The notes beneath the pieces were generated by a model. It saw only the letters and a program-made list of their open reading frames with translations, ran no database searches and was not told where the DNA came from. A stretch of DNA of 64,000 nt, taken from contig NIVC01000269.1 of assembly GCA_002269645.1 (NCBI GenBank), forward strand, positions 124,001-188,000, read 5' to 3'. Made by a program: the position numbers and the translations under genes. Below, one piece after another: positions 31,559 through 62,700 of the stretch; the first letter of the stretch is position 1, and each line of letters begins with the position of its first letter. This DNA is from Macrostomum lignano (Eukaryota).

Positions 31559-31812
31559 TGTTGTGTCGTGGCTGGCTAGCCAAACTTGAGCCGCAAATGG
31601 GCGAGAGGTTGTTATTTATTGTAGTTGGCATTGCACATAGATGTACATGCAGATACGAGTAAAGCATCAGCTAATAGATTAGACGGTTAGGCATAAGCGT
31701 ACATTGACAGACAGAGCAGGCGGGGAGAGAGCAAGCAGTCCTAAACTCAGCGCCAATAACAATTGGGGTGCAGCCCCACACTGCGCACTTCAAGTCAAGT
31801 CACGATACAACA
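31559..31812 (-). repeat. 3' LTR (254 bp) of the Gypsy element
   Basis: Termini TGTTGTATCGTG...CACGACACAACA form a 12-bp inverted repeat with one mismatch. The PPT is adjacent and AATAAA lies inside. Confidence 0.88.
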
Positions 31813-31820
31813 TCCCCTCA

Positions 31821-34757
31821 TCACCAACGAGGAGACAGTCGGTCTGGGGCGACCCCTTTGGTCGACCTGCAGCTTCGTCGGGGCTCCGGTGTAGCTTCAG
31901 CGGCCTGCTGCGGTGGTGCCGCTGCGTCTGGCCGCTGGCTATCAGGTTCCGGGTTCCGGCCGCCTTCGTCAGGGTTCCGGCCGCCTTCGTCAGGGTTCCG
32001 GTCGCCTTCGTCAGGGCTCCGGCCGGCATCGTCAGGGTCCCGGCCGCTGTCGTCAGTGTTGTCCGTAACTTCCGCCCGGCTTGGACTCGGACGCAAGCGC
32101 AGCTGATCCCGGTGTGCCAGCACAGGCCTGTCATCCTTGTCCCGGGTAACCACGGCCGTGTTGTGGCCGGCCTGTACCACAAAGCGGACGGTCTCAGCCG
32201 GCCCCCCTGGCCGCGACTGGTAGACGAGCGGCGCATCGGTGTCGAATTGGAGGGTCAGCGGACTTCGCAGCTGTCGCCCCATAAGCGCAGATGGACTGCC
32301 ACGCCCGTCGCCCCGCGGAGTGGCCCGGTAGTTAAGCAGCAGCTTGGCGAGGTACGCGTCGAACCGGCCCTGGTGCACGGCGAAGGCCCGCAGCCCCTTC
32401 TTGACGGTCTGGACCATGCGCTCGGCGCACCCGTTTGACTGCGGATGATACGGCGGCGAGTGCATCGGCGAGCAGCCGATCTTCTTGAGCCACTCGTGCA
32501 GCTGCTGGTCACGGAACTCCGGAGCATTGTCCGCCACCAAGGTATGCGGCACACCCAGGCGGGAGAAAATCAGGCGGAGTACCTTGATGACCGTCGTCGC
32601 GCTCTTGTCGGCAACAGGCACCGCTTCCGGCCAGCCGGAGAAGGCGTCCACCACAATGAGCAGCAGGCCGAAGCCGGGAACGTGAGCATGGTCCATGTGC
32701 ACGCGTCTCCAGGTACCATCTTCAGCCGGCCAGGTGTGGCACGTTCTGGCAGGCATTGGACGGATCTCCGCGCATCGCTGGCATTGCTTGACGAAGTTTT
32801 CGACGTCCTCGCAGTGACCCGGCCACCAGGCTTCCAGCTTGAGTCGATTTCTTGTCGCTAGGGCACCGCAGTGCGAGTCGCCGTGAGCCGCTCGCAGCAC
32901 GTCTTGCCGCAGCCGGCTAGGCGGGACCACCAGGTCTCTCAGGCAGACGACGCCATTCTCCACTGAGAGCTGCTGGCGGACGGCTTTATACGGTCGCTCC
33001 GCTGCCGAGCAGTTGTTCCACGCATTGCTGCGGATCCTGCGCTTGACGCTGGCGAGCACCGGGTCATTGTCAGTGGCGTCTCTGATCTGCTCCAGCTTAA
33101 GCACCTCCGTCTCTGTCCAGTGAACGAAGTTTTCCTGGCAGTCGTCTCCATCGCCTTCCTCCTTGAATTCAATTCGAGACAGCGCGTCGACATGCGGGAT
33201 GCAGCTGCCCTTGATGTACGAGATTTCGTAGTCGAAGGCCGACAGCTGCAACGCCCAGCGCATGATCCTAGCCGATGTGACCTTTGGAAGCTCCCGAGAC
33301 GGACTAAAAATGAACTCCAATGGTTGATGATCGCACTGGAGCACAAACTTGCTGCCGAGAAGAAAGTGTCTGGCTCTCTGAGTGGCCCACACCACAGCCA
33401 GGGCCTCTCGCTCGATATTCGAGTAATTTCTCTCAGCCGGTGTCAGCCGTCTTGACAGGTACATCACTGGGTGCTCGTCCTGAGAGAGGATTGCTGCTAT
33501 GGCCTTTTCGCTGGCATCAGTAGTCAGAGTTGTGCGCTTTCTTGCATCGAAGATTCGGACCACTGGGGAAGCTGCAAGCGCCTGCTTGAGCTCGTCAAAC
33601 GCTTTCTGCTGCCGAGGTCCCCAATGGAACGCGACTTTCTTGCTCCGCAGCTCGGTCAGCGGCTCGGTCTTCTCCGAGTAGGACTTGATGTAGCGCGAGT
33701 AGTACACCGTCATTCCTAGAAACGATTCGAGTTCCTTTTTGCTCGCCGGGGTGCTCACGCCGAGGATTTTCTCCACCAGCTTCCGATCAGGGCGCACGCC
33801 GTCAGCCGCGATGCGGTAGCCAAGGAAACTGATTTCCGTGCTGCGGAAAACGCACTTTTTTTCGTTGATTGACATGCCGGCATCAGAAAGCGCTCTCAGC
33901 AGGTCCCGGACTTTGCTGTCCAATTCGTCCGCTGTGGTGGCGCCAACGCACATGTCGTCTTGGTAGATCACCAGGTTGCTGACCGCACCGCCGACCGTTG
34001 CCTCCATGGCAGCCTGGAACTGCGCACTGGCCGTCTTCACCCCGTATGGCATGCGCGTCCATCTGAGCAGGCCTAGGGGCGTGTTGATGGTGAGTATTTC
34101 TCTGGAGGCCTCGTCTAGCTCAATCTGGTTGTAGGCATTTGTTAAGTCTACAATTGCGAAGTGCTTCATACCTGCCAGGGCACTGAAGGCTTGCTCGATG
34201 TTGGGCAGTGGGTAGGCGTCAGAGCAGATCTTCGGGTTCACCCCGACCTTGTAGTCGGAGCAGATTCTTAGGTCTCCGTCGGCCTTGCGCACCACCACAA
34301 TGGGCGATGCCCAACTGCTGCCGCCTGGCGGCACGGGCTCGAGGATCCCGGCGTCGATCATCGTCCGCAGCTTAGCCACCACCAGCGGCTTGAGATGAAT
34401 CGGGAGCGGCCGGGCATCGAAGAAGCTGGGCTGAGCGTTCTCCCTGAGCAGGACCCGAGCACGGAAACCTTTGAGCTTGCCTAGCGGTTTGCTGCTGCGC
34501 TCCACTTGATTGACAGTCGCTGTGTCCAGCTTGAAGTCCAGCACGTCTGTTCCGATGAGGCCGTGCTCCTTTGTGCATTCGGTGACCGTCACGTCCGCAC
34601 AGGCGATTTGTCTCCCGACTTCGATGAGCGCCGTGAAGCATCCTCTAGTTCTGATGACCGTTCCGTCAAATTGTCGCAGTCTCAGCTTGGACTTTCGTAG
34701 CTTGGGCTCACCGAGGCTCCTCCAGAAGTTTATCGGAATGATGCTCGCACCGGATCC
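31821..34757 (-). CDS. pol: Gypsy pol polyprotein (partial protease, RT, RNase H, integrase)
   Basis: Open frame, longer than the listed 923 aa: SGASIIP (catalytic Asp missing), WASPIVVV, DLTNAYNQI, YQDD, TDAS, YSNIEREAL, HGDSHCG..CQRC, VHMDHA, DNAPEF, PPYHPQSNGCAERMV, plus DEGGRNP repeats in the tail. Confidence 0.95.
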   Translation of the reverse strand, partial: GSGASIIPINFWRSLGEPKLRKSKLRLRQFDGTVIRTRGCFTALIEVGRQIACADVTVTECTKEHGLIGTDVLDFKLDTATVNQVERSSKPLGKLKGFRARVLLRENAQPSFFDARPLPIHLKPLVVAKLRTMIDAGILEPVPPGGSSWASPIVVVRKADGDLRICSDYKVGVNPKICSDAYPLPNIEQAFSALAGMKHFAIVDLTNAYNQIELDEASREILTINTPLGLLRWTRMPYGVKTASAQFQAAMEATVGGAVSNLVIYQDDMCVGATTADELDSKVRDLLRALSDAGMSINEKKCVFRSTEISFLGYRIAADGVRPDRKLVEKILGVSTPASKKELESFLGMTVYYSRYIKSYSEKTEPLTELRSKKVAFHWGPRQQKAFDELKQALAASPVVRIFDARKRTTLTTDASEKAIAAILSQDEHPVMYLSRRLTPAERNYSNIEREALAVVWATQRARHFLLGSKFVLQCDHQPLEFIFSPSRELPKVTSARIMRWALQLSAFDYEISYIKGSCIPHVDALSRIEFKEEGDGDDCQENFVHWTETEVLKLEQIRDATDNDPVLASVKRRIRSNAWNNCSAAERPYKAVRQQLSVENGVVCLRDLVVPPSRLRQDVLRAAHGDSHCGALATRNRLKLEAWWPGHCEDVENFVKQCQRCAEIRPMPARTCHTWPAEDGTWRRVHMDHAHVPGFGLLLIVVDAFSGWPEAVPVADKSATTVIKVLRLIFSRLGVPHTLVADNAPEFRDQQLHEWLKKIGCSPMHSPPYHPQSNGCAERMVQTVKKGLRAFAVHQGRFDAYLAKLLLNYRATPRGDGRGSPSALMGRQLRSPLTLQFDTDAPLVYQSRPGGPAETVRFVVQAGHNTAVVTRDKDDRPVLAHRDQLRLRPSPSRAEVTDNTDDSGRDPDDAGRSPDEGDRNPDEGGRNPDEGGRNPEPDSQRPDAAAPPQQAAEATPEPRRSCRSTKGVAPDRLSPRW

Positions 34758-36009
34758 ATCCAGGAATCAATCCAGCGGCTTTACCAGGTTGGCGAAGTAT
34801 TGCCTCGTCATTTACATGCGATGGGACTCAGCACAATATTCGAGCGATCGAGCTTCTTGGTGCCAGAATAAGCTCTCCCAATGAGATCGTTGCCTCTTTC
34901 CCACACCCCTGCGATCCCGGCATTCAGGTTTCAGCCTTCTTGGATGTGCCGCACATGTTGAAGCTGATTCGAAATCAGTGGCAGTCCCTGGGAACATTTG
35001 TTTGGCCAGACAGGGGAAATATTGATTGGAAATATGTGTGCATCTTGCAGCAAGTACAAGAGAGCCATGGACTCAGACTAGGCAATAAGCTGAGCAGGCA
35101 TCACATTAACATTGCTAATTTAAAGATGAAAGTTTATTTGGCCTCACAACTTTTTAGTAAGTCGGTGGCTGACTCGTTACGATGGGTGCACAAGCAAAGC
35201 TTGGCCGGATTTAATCATTCCGATGTATTAGTGACAGCAGATTTTATTGAGCACATGAATGATCTGTTCGATGCGTTCAACTCGAAGCGATGGTAAATTA
35301 TGGGGCTAAAATGGCTCTAAGAGCTGACAACCGGCCTGACTGGATCGACTTCTCCACTGACTCGATCCAGCTTCTCAAGAGCTTAGAAACTCCAGCTAGA
35401 TGCAAAATCGTTGACACTGCAAAGAAGACAGGATTTTTAGGCTTCATCACCAATTGCCATGCCGTTATTGCGCTTGCCAAGTATTTATTTTCAACTGGCG
35501 AATTCTTCTTTCTTTGCACTTACAAGCTGTCTCAGGATTTTCTAGAATCCATCCAGCACTGTATGAATGCATCTAATTGATTGTGAGATTTGCCAGTCTA
35601 GCTATTGTGTATCAATTGCCAAAGCAGTTGTGCGAAGCATGTTGAAAGTTGTCGAATGTGCTCCGTGCAGGTCAGCTTTGACTGCCAGCTCCGAGACGCC
35701 ACCAGCTTTTCGTGCCCCTTGCTCACTTGTTGCCTTGAAGAATGTTTTGAACAAGGAAGGAACTGGCGGCTTGATTTTTCCAGCAGCTATGTCTTCCTAC
35801 TCAGTGCTGAGTCTGTTATTCGATGTGCCAGCTATAACAGCCAATTCTCCAGTGACGTAGCAGTTCACGGGACTTTGCGCAAGTCGAGCAATCTGTTCCC
35901 TGAGCTTGACTCGCATTCGGCATCCGCGAACAGCGGCATTGAGTCGCACAAGCTCCATTTAATTCGAGTCATGGCCGGGCTCTTCATAAAGATTAGAATG
36001 AAAAACTAG
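34757..36009 (+). pseudogene. THAP9/P-element-like transposase, 3' part (stops and frameshifts)
   Basis: FTCDGTQHN..LDVPHMLKLIRN..IDWKY..GLRLGNKLS..KMKVYLASQLFSKSVADSL..TADFIEHMNDLFDAFNS..KTGFLGF..TYKLSQDFLE..CAPC..GGLIFP..HLIRVMAGLFIKIR. Confidence 0.9.
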
Positions 36010-36744
36010 CTAAAGAACTTTCTCGCGCAGGAAGGAGACCAGGAAGGAGGCAGAGACTACTTCGAGCAGCAATATTTCTTAATTTATAGTATATTCGAAA
36101 CCAGGTGAGCTATTTATTGACTTAACTTCTATGCTATCAGCAAAAACAAAAAGTCTCATTTTGTCTGCAAGCGTTTTTGTACGACGGTTTTTTAGTTTTT
36201 AATAATACTGGATTTAAACTGTTAAATTGCTAGTTGCACATAATGTTGGTTAAATGGTTAGCAATCCGTGTTCCATGGCAAAAGGCAACAATTAATACAG
36301 CGGGCCCAATGACTGACGGGTAGGAAAGGAAGGGAAGCCCAAAATATCGATCGTGAGGGCGTGGGAGCTGGGGTGCCATTTTTCCTACTTGGAAAGGGGC
36401 ACACATTTCTTGCCCCACATGCGCAGTCTTATAACTTATACTTATTGGTCTGTGAGGAATACGGCTAGTTGAGACGCCATGTGCTACAGGTGCCTCTCGT
36501 CTGGCCACAATGGGCACGAAGAGATCGAAGAGATCGCATGTCTCTGCATTCAGCTGTCACATAACAAATCAGAAACTACGAGTATCTAGCGGAAACCAAA
36601 CACCACACAGCAACAAGAAGAGTTTCAAGCCAAGCAGAGCTACAAAGAAAAACGTCAGAGCGCTGATCAAAGTCCCGGAAAATAGCGAGTAGTTGTGTGA
36701 TTTCTCTGACGTCACGAATGAAACACAAATTGCCACGTTAAAGA

Positions 36745-36945
36745 CCAGAAGGGAGAGGGGAAGTAGAATGGGGAGAGGGGAGATGGGAAAGGAGAGAGGA
36801 CAGAGAAGAGAGAGGAGAGAGGGGAGAGGGGAGAGGGGAGATGGGGGTAAGGGGAGAAAAAAAAGGAGAGAGGGGAGAGGAGAGATAGGAGAGGAGAGAG
36901 TAGAAAGAAGAAACGAGAGAGGAGTGGAGAGGGGAGAGGGGAGAA
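36745..36945. repeat. GA-rich polypurine low-complexity tract
   Basis: Direct reading. Confidence 0.9.
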
Positions 36946-37324
36946 TTCGGAAATTAGGTTTGTCCAACTCTTGTCAGAGTCTATCGCACATGAAGTGCTT
37001 TGCGTTTGCACACAGACAATTTCTGCAGCACTCCCACTGTGTGAGAGTCGAGATAAAATAATCCACAGTTGCTATCAATGTGCCTCTACAGTAGCATCTG
37101 TAAAAGAAAAGGTACAATGCTAATTTCAGTTTTCAGCACTCTGAGTCCAAAAATGGAATGCACTTTTACTAAATATTGGAAATAAAGTTTGCTTACGTAT
37201 AACTTTTGAGTGAACTGGGTGCAGATGTTCCGAGGCAGTTCGCATGAAAAACCGAGGGTAAAGTATAGGACAGAGAATGCACCCGAAAGATGTAGATGGA
37301 CAGGTTTTCACTGTCTCTTGAATG

Positions 37325-37613
<289 letters not shown>

Positions 37614-38304
37614 CTACCATTGAAACAGCACGGCAAATCGATAATAAGGAAAGGATTGAATAAACAAAATGGCAGACTGAAGGCGGGAGGCTGGCATGGG
37701 CAGCAAATGCTTCATCGATTCAGCTTGACCTTCCACAACTCTCTCTCTCACACAGGCAGTCGAGCTGAGGGTTGATCTGAGGATCTGGGATATAGAATAT
37801 GGGAGCAAACAATTGCACCTGCTCCCAGTCGTTCTCTCTATCCGCTCTCTCAGCTGCCGCAGACTCTCTTGAGCATGCCAAATATGATAGCGATTCGCTG
37901 CCATCCAATCGGACTCCGCCAATCCCGCCCACTTTGTCTCCCTTCGTCTCTTTAACCTTCTACCTCTACCCTCTACCCTCCCTCTACCCTCCAACCTTTC
38001 TCTCCCCGATTCGCTCTCTCCGAGAACCGGTTCGCTCGGCAAAAAGAATTGCAGAGCTCAGACCGGCCCCTGGTGAGCGCGGTTGCTTAAATTGGAAACA
38101 GTCGCAAATTCCCTGTCTGGCAGGTGTTTATCCCTCATCTCAATTCATTCCTACGTTACTATCTTGGTGAGCCTCCCTTGAGTTGAGCATAGTCAACTCA
38201 GACAACTCAGTCAAATTCATCGATAGGGAATTGCAATCTGTCGCATTGGGACTGAATTTCGACAATTGTGAGTTAGTAATAAGTTGATATAACCTCATTA
38301 TCAT

Positions 38305-38530
38305 TTGTCGACCTGTCGTGTCTGTCAACCTGTCTGTATGTCCACCTGTCGTGTCTGTCAACCTGTCTGTATGTCCACCTGTCGTGTCTGTCAACCTGTC
38401 TGTATGTCCACCTGTCGTGTCTGTCAACCTGTCTGTATGTCCACCTGTCGTGTCTGTCAACCTGTCTGTATGTCCACCTGTCGTGTCTGTCGACCTGTCT
38501 GTATGTCGACCTGTCGTGTCTGTCAACCTA
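38305..38530. repeat. 33-bp tandem repeat ACCTGTCGTGTCTGTCAACCTGTCTGTATGTCC, about 7 copies
   Basis: Direct reading; lies just upstream of the first TRPC coding exon. Confidence 0.93.
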
Positions 38531-38653
38531 TCCTGTCTGTTAAGAAATAAATGCGTGCATAATACTGTTTTGCCGTTAAGCTTCTGTATGCTCTATAAAT
38601 CTGTCAAACCTCTCCAACTGTCAGGATTTCAACACCAGCAAGCCAACAGCGCA

Positions 38654-57040
<18,387 letters not shown>

Positions 57041-59629
57041 TGGTGTTGCAACATTTGAAAAACAATATTTTTACATCCTAGGATACTAAAACTCGACTGA
57101 CGTACATGTATACTATAGGTCGTGGAATATTGTCTGATTTGATTTTTAATGGCTTTGTATCACACTAAGACAATGAACTTACGTACGGTATTTCGTCTGT
57201 GAAAGTATACTAATTAATCGGTGATATTATCTGCTAGTATCTGATATTTTTATTATACAAGTTTTTCACAATGCCAGTCACAATGGCAATTAATATATAC
57301 TCAACAAAATTGAAAACCACCAACCCCAGACTCAGTGCACCTAGATGAGCAAGAAGCCGTACCTGAATTCAAACACTATGCCTATGCTGATCTACGGTCG
57401 CTCGCTGTTTGCAAAGTTTCTGAGTATACATACAGTTTCGGCCATTATTCTAGCAGTAACTGTTAATTGTGTAAAATGGCATCATCAGGACTGCTTTCCT
57501 ACCTTTGTTATCTGTTAACCTTTCCTAATGTAAAATTTCTTTCAAATTAGTGTGGGAAATAAGTTTGGAATAATGCCATCTGTGCTGGGTAAAGTACATA
57601 TAATGCACGGGTTTAGTATTGTTGCTTGGTTAATTAATAATTGTGTCAAATTTTATTGTGTTATAAAACTTATATTCTTCATAATCATAATTAGCTGTTG
57701 TTGTGTCGCTGTGTGCAGGTTGCTCGGAACTATACTGCAAGACGAAAAATTATGAGTATTTTCCTATATACATTCCAATGCAATTCAGAATCTCCATTCC
57801 AAATAAATTCAATTGCCTATCTAAATGATAGTTGCGCCTAAGGGGAGTAAATGGATTAGCAAGTAGTATCGTTGAATGTGCAGATATAAAATCGATATCT
57901 CTCAGCCACCTGCACCTCATGCGCGTAGAGGCCTATGCATGTATTTATTAGCCACTGTAGCGTAGCGTGTAAAATACAAGAGCCTGTGTAGGCGGTTGAA
58001 CACGCCAGATAGAGAATCGATAACCATTTAGCCACCACCCCAACACACACCCAGGAGTAAATAGGAATAGCCTGGCCAAAAATGTACATATATACATGTT
58101 CATAGAATTGCAGAGTGGAGCTAGCGGGGTCGACGCGGCGGGGTTAGAGTGTACATGTACATAAGAGTTTGAAAGGCCCAATTGTTAAAAAATCGATTAT
58201 TGATCCACCAACACCATGCACGGACAGAAGTCCGAAATAAGAAAGCTACAAAGTACAAACTAAACAGTTTTATTGATGGGTTTCGACGTCTATGGGGTAG
58301 CTACATGTAGCTATTACATTTGATGGGTTTCGACCTTCCGGCCCCCTTGTGGGGAAGCTTTCAGGCCTCAGGTCTCAGAAATAAATCAATTAGAGTCCTG
58401 GCCCCCACTCCTGTCAGATGGTCAGCCCCATGGTAGCTTGATCTTGTGGCGAGCAGTCTAGGTCCTATAGCTAAGAGAGGGACAGCGAGAGACGAGCAGG
58501 GAGAATTTTGAAAGTAGAAATTAGCTAATCCGCAGATCAACTAACTTGCTGCCACCAGCCCGTGCGCCCTGGCTCACCACACCGGGACTCTCGAAATCGG
58601 ACTTCCGACTAGAAGGGGCTTTGCACTTACCTGCCAACTAGTGTCTTTTTGCTGTCTGTCTCGAAGTCATAGCCGATGATAAGAGACACTGCTGGGACTA
58701 GATCGCATTGGCCATGCAGGTACAGAGGGGACTTGTGCAGGGGATTCTTGTAGTGGCGAGACTATGGGGTAGCTACATGTACTATTACATTGCTAAATAC
58801 GAAGAATTGTACTTTTGGCCTTCGACGCGCCAACTAGCCTCTCATAGCGCTGATGATAGACTAACTCGAACTTCAGAGACCGCATGTTCATTACCCGAGC
58901 CGCTTGGCGAAACTAGAGTGCACAAAGTACACCTCTGGCGCCGATTTTGCACTATTGGCAATTTTGCTCACTGATTTGATAGATTGATCGACTGAGAACT
59001 GCCTTGCCATTGGTCCACTGTGACCGGCGCCTACTAGCTTAGCTACTCATTTGAGCCATCGGCGAACAAAGAAATAAAACCGATAAAAATAACTGTTAGA
59101 TTTAACCTTCTCCTTAGATCACTTCACACTTCAGATTGAATTGGAGTTTTAGACTACTAGCAGTATTATTGAATGACTTCTGCCTCAGCAACAGCACTAC
59201 TGAACAAATTGAGCAAAAGTGTGCGCCTAATTCAGCTACTGAAACAGGGGACAGATAAGGGTTCACCCAATCAAGCAAGTCCAGGTAGCCTCTCACCCAA
59301 CCAATCAGAAACTCAACAGCCGGAGACCAGAAAATCCACAGTGACCGAATCGGCTTGATGCTTCGCAGCTGTAGACTCGGGATGATGCTGACACAATCTT
59401 CGCTGTTAGCTAGCAGGTGATGCTCTTCCCTTGATGTTCGCTGCTGATGACCAGGGGACTCGTCCTTGATGATGAGGGGGGAAATCGCAATCCGGGGATC
59501 AAGAAACGACGGTCGGGCTCCGGGAACCAGAAATGTCGGGAAGGTTCCTCCGCGGGAGAGCCAGTTGAGGTCCGAGCGGGCCAAAAGCGCCGGTTTAAAT
59601 AGCCGCCAACTGGACCGCAGTTTGTTATA

Positions 59630-59790
59630 ATGGAACACGTCGATTCTGATTGGCTGAGCCGTTTTGTTAAAATGAGCGCCGAATTTTCTGATTGGCTAAG
59701 CTTGTTGCTACCCAGAATCACGTGACCGGGAGATCCTATCAGTTCCCACAGGGTTGTAAAAAGATGACAGGTGCGGCCATAAATCAATCA
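59630..59790. promoter_or_regulatory. Possible promoter: two reverse CCAAT boxes (CTGATTGGCT) plus an E-box (TCACGTGA) next to a GC-rich tract
   Basis: Motif reading only; no linked gene identified. Confidence 0.3.
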
Positions 59791-62700
59791 AAATCGCAAC
59801 AAAATGATTTGACTTTTCGCGTAGGATTAACAGAAATTAATGAAAAAATATACATTAGAAAGCTCTTATTAAATAGAAAATGAAGATAATGAAGAGAAAC
59901 CGCTAATCGCTAATCCCAAAGTACTTTTAGGGGTAAAACGCATAGCTGTCAAAGCTGTCACACGCTTGAGTGAACCCGAACAATAGGCTCTGACCTCATA
60001 AATCTTGATGGCCTGTCAAAATGATGAGAAAAAAGCTACCGCCCGCATCCTCTCAGACCATCTGGCGCCCGCCTCAACACTGAGTGAGGCGCAGGTGGCT
60101 GTCAGACCAGCTTCGAAAGCGATGATTTATGATCCAAAAAGCTGCGCCTATGTTATTATGACTACTAGTATGACCAAACAGTATATCTAGTATAGATTCT
60201 ATGACTATTCGCAGAAAAAGGATAAAAATGCCCATTGCCCACTGTTAGTAGGCTAGTAAGTTTAGAGCCCATGTGCTAGCGCGGGATTTGGAAAAAAGTG
60301 CGTCCTCATCAATTCGATTAAACGGACCTTCACTTGTAGCCTCTGAGAAATTTTCATCGGATTATCGCTGCGCTCTAAAGTGTTGACAGTCAGGCCGTGC
60401 TTCTCATCGCCAATCTTGTCATACTGACCGCGGTGTAATTGGCTGACTGGTCGATGTCGTGATTTGTCTGGCCAATGTCATTATTTGCGGTTTATAAATT
60501 CCACTCACTGCCATCCTCTTCAAGTAGCTCGTCCGGATTACTCATTAAAAACAAGTCAGTTAAAAACAAGTTTACGCTGACAGTGAAAATTTGCATTGAA
60601 TGCATATACTGTAGAATGATTAAATTGATGCTCCAAGGATTAAATTGAACTCCGCTATGCCAACTTGTGTCGACCATAGACAGAAAATTTTCAGTCTCGC
60701 AAGTCATATAATTCCGCGTATCTATGATTAAATTGAAAGCTTGCAGTACCAACTAGGCTGCAAAAAGGAATATAGCCTATATATATGCGTAGTCTTTAAG
60801 GCTAAATTTGTATCTAACCGCACGGAATCAGGAATCAAACACGGATATTTCAAGCAAATGACTTATCACTGATATATAAATTTTAACTGTTACTGTTTAG
60901 CCATGCAGTTGGCCAGTTCAAGACCGATAATAAAACGTATTTTAAGTTGGAACTAAAAAAATCGATTTAAATGTTTATAGATACAATGAAAAAAACAAAA
61001 ATTAGTGAATACCTATTTTCGTGTAAGAATACTGTACCGTAAATTACAGATTCTATACGATAATTTTTTAATGTAGACAAACTCTTAAACAGCTGTTTTT
61101 ACATATTGTCAATGCCTAGTTACATTTCATTTTCGAATAATTTGTTCTTCGTAATTGTCATTCAATTTTAGTTAACTATCCCTCATTTACAGGATTAGTT
61201 GGCCTGTAACAGACTCAAGAAACTAGTAAGTTCTCCGTTTTTAAGCTTTCTCCTAGCACTCACGCGAAGTACACTGTTTTGTTTGGACAGTTTTTTATTT
61301 TGTCTTAAATTTTAATAGACGAGTGAGATTGACAATATTCTTTATCATATCATGGACCGTAACGTTACTCAGTCTGGTAAGTTTTACTGATTATATGTAG
61401 ATTGATGGTCGAATGTGTTTCAGTTATTAATATTTCTGGCACTTAAAAACAATTCCTACGAAAAAAAGCTTCATGGATAGGATAGGGCAGGGTGGTTCCT
61501 TGACACTGTCATCTACTCGTACCATTTTTTTTGGCCAAAGTATGGATGCAAATATGAAAACCTGGATGCAACTTGCCTTGTCATTATAGACAATTGAAAG
61601 CACATTTGAAAAGCACATGATAAATAATTTATAAAACAAACTTATTAAAAGCGGAAGCTAATATTCATTGACCAATACCATTTAATAATAAGAATTAAAT
61701 AAGATTACATAATCTTTATTCCTTCATTGTCGCCGAATTTGACTAGATTGTCGCCGCATTTGCTTTCGCCGAATTTTTCCATGGTGAATAGCTGTTGCTA
61801 AATTTGTTTGTCGCCGAATTGGTCAGCACTGCAATGTCGCTATCGTCCAAGGAGAAACTATCTGACTCTCCCAAACTTACCTGAATTTTTTAAACACTCG
61901 GGTTGTTGTTACGAGCACATCAACCATTTTTGTCTTACATGTATTTCACAGTAGAAAAAAGAACCATCTCTTCAAAAGAAAGAACTCTTTGGAACGTGAA
62001 CAGAAGCAGCAAATATGGTCCAATGTGTGCCGATCAACACTGCGCCTCAGTGCGGCCTTGCCAAGCCTTCGGGTGTCAGCAGCACGTCGACCGACTGTGC
62101 GGGAAACATGAGGGTATGGCAAAAAATGCTTGTTCGGGTGTCCATAGTCTTCCGGTGCCACTCGGGGGAGTGAGTCTAGCTGAGGATGTCCAGCAGTTGC
62201 CCTGTGAAAAATGATCGCTAGCCTTTCGCCAGCTAAATAGTAGCGAAATTTCGCCGGCGAAATGGTAACAGAATGTCACTACTATTCGCCAGCGAAATGC
62301 CAGCAAATTTTTCCTGTAAATCGCCGCTATTTTGCCAGGATTTAGCTACCCTCTAATTTCTTTATGAATTCACTTTTATTGATTTGATTTGCACGAAAAG
62401 CATTTTTAATGTAATATTACTGTTGTTTGTATTGTAACTCCTGTTTATGTGAGAAGTTAACCCCCTAACCCCCTTTCTTCAGCCGAAAATAAGCTTTGAA
62501 GTATAATAAAACTGCGGCTGCGGTTTGCGCTAGGCTTGCCTTGAGCAAACCGGCTTTAGTGCCCAAGCGCGCTGCGTCTGTGGTGCGCCCCCCCGCCGCG
62601 TGTGTACGTTCTGTGTTGTTTAGGTGGGCGCCCACCCCTCCGCCGGCGGGGGGGGTATTTTACTCCAGCCGCGCTGCTGAGTTGGCAGTGTTTTCGCGCA

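Larger units (their letters stand above)
31559..34757 (-). mobile_element. Ty3/Gypsy LTR retrotransposon, 5'-deleted (3' LTR + pol), inserted antisense in the P-element transposase
   Basis: Protease remnant, RT, RNase H and integrase in Gypsy order, followed by a polypurine tract (GAGGGGA) and one LTR. Confidence 0.95.

Noticed and set aside
31704-34884. Long plus-strand and alternate-frame ORFs over the Gypsy element
   Set aside because: Shadow ORFs of GC-rich pol.
36470-36570. CYRCLSSGH zinc-knuckle-like gag fragment
   Set aside because: The final Cys is misplaced and there is no supporting gag or pol context.
57985-58045. tRNA/SINE-like A and B boxes on the minus strand (TGGCTAAATGG..GTTCAACC)
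   Set aside because: The box spacing is too short and no cloverleaf forms; at most a decayed SINE.
58845-58915. Possible hammerhead ribozyme (CTGATGA..CGAAAC)
   Set aside because: The intervening segment is about 55 nt with no evident stem II, and stems I and III were not found.
59114-60752. Short ORFs downstream of TRPC
   Set aside because: No recognisable domains and no consistent splice structure.
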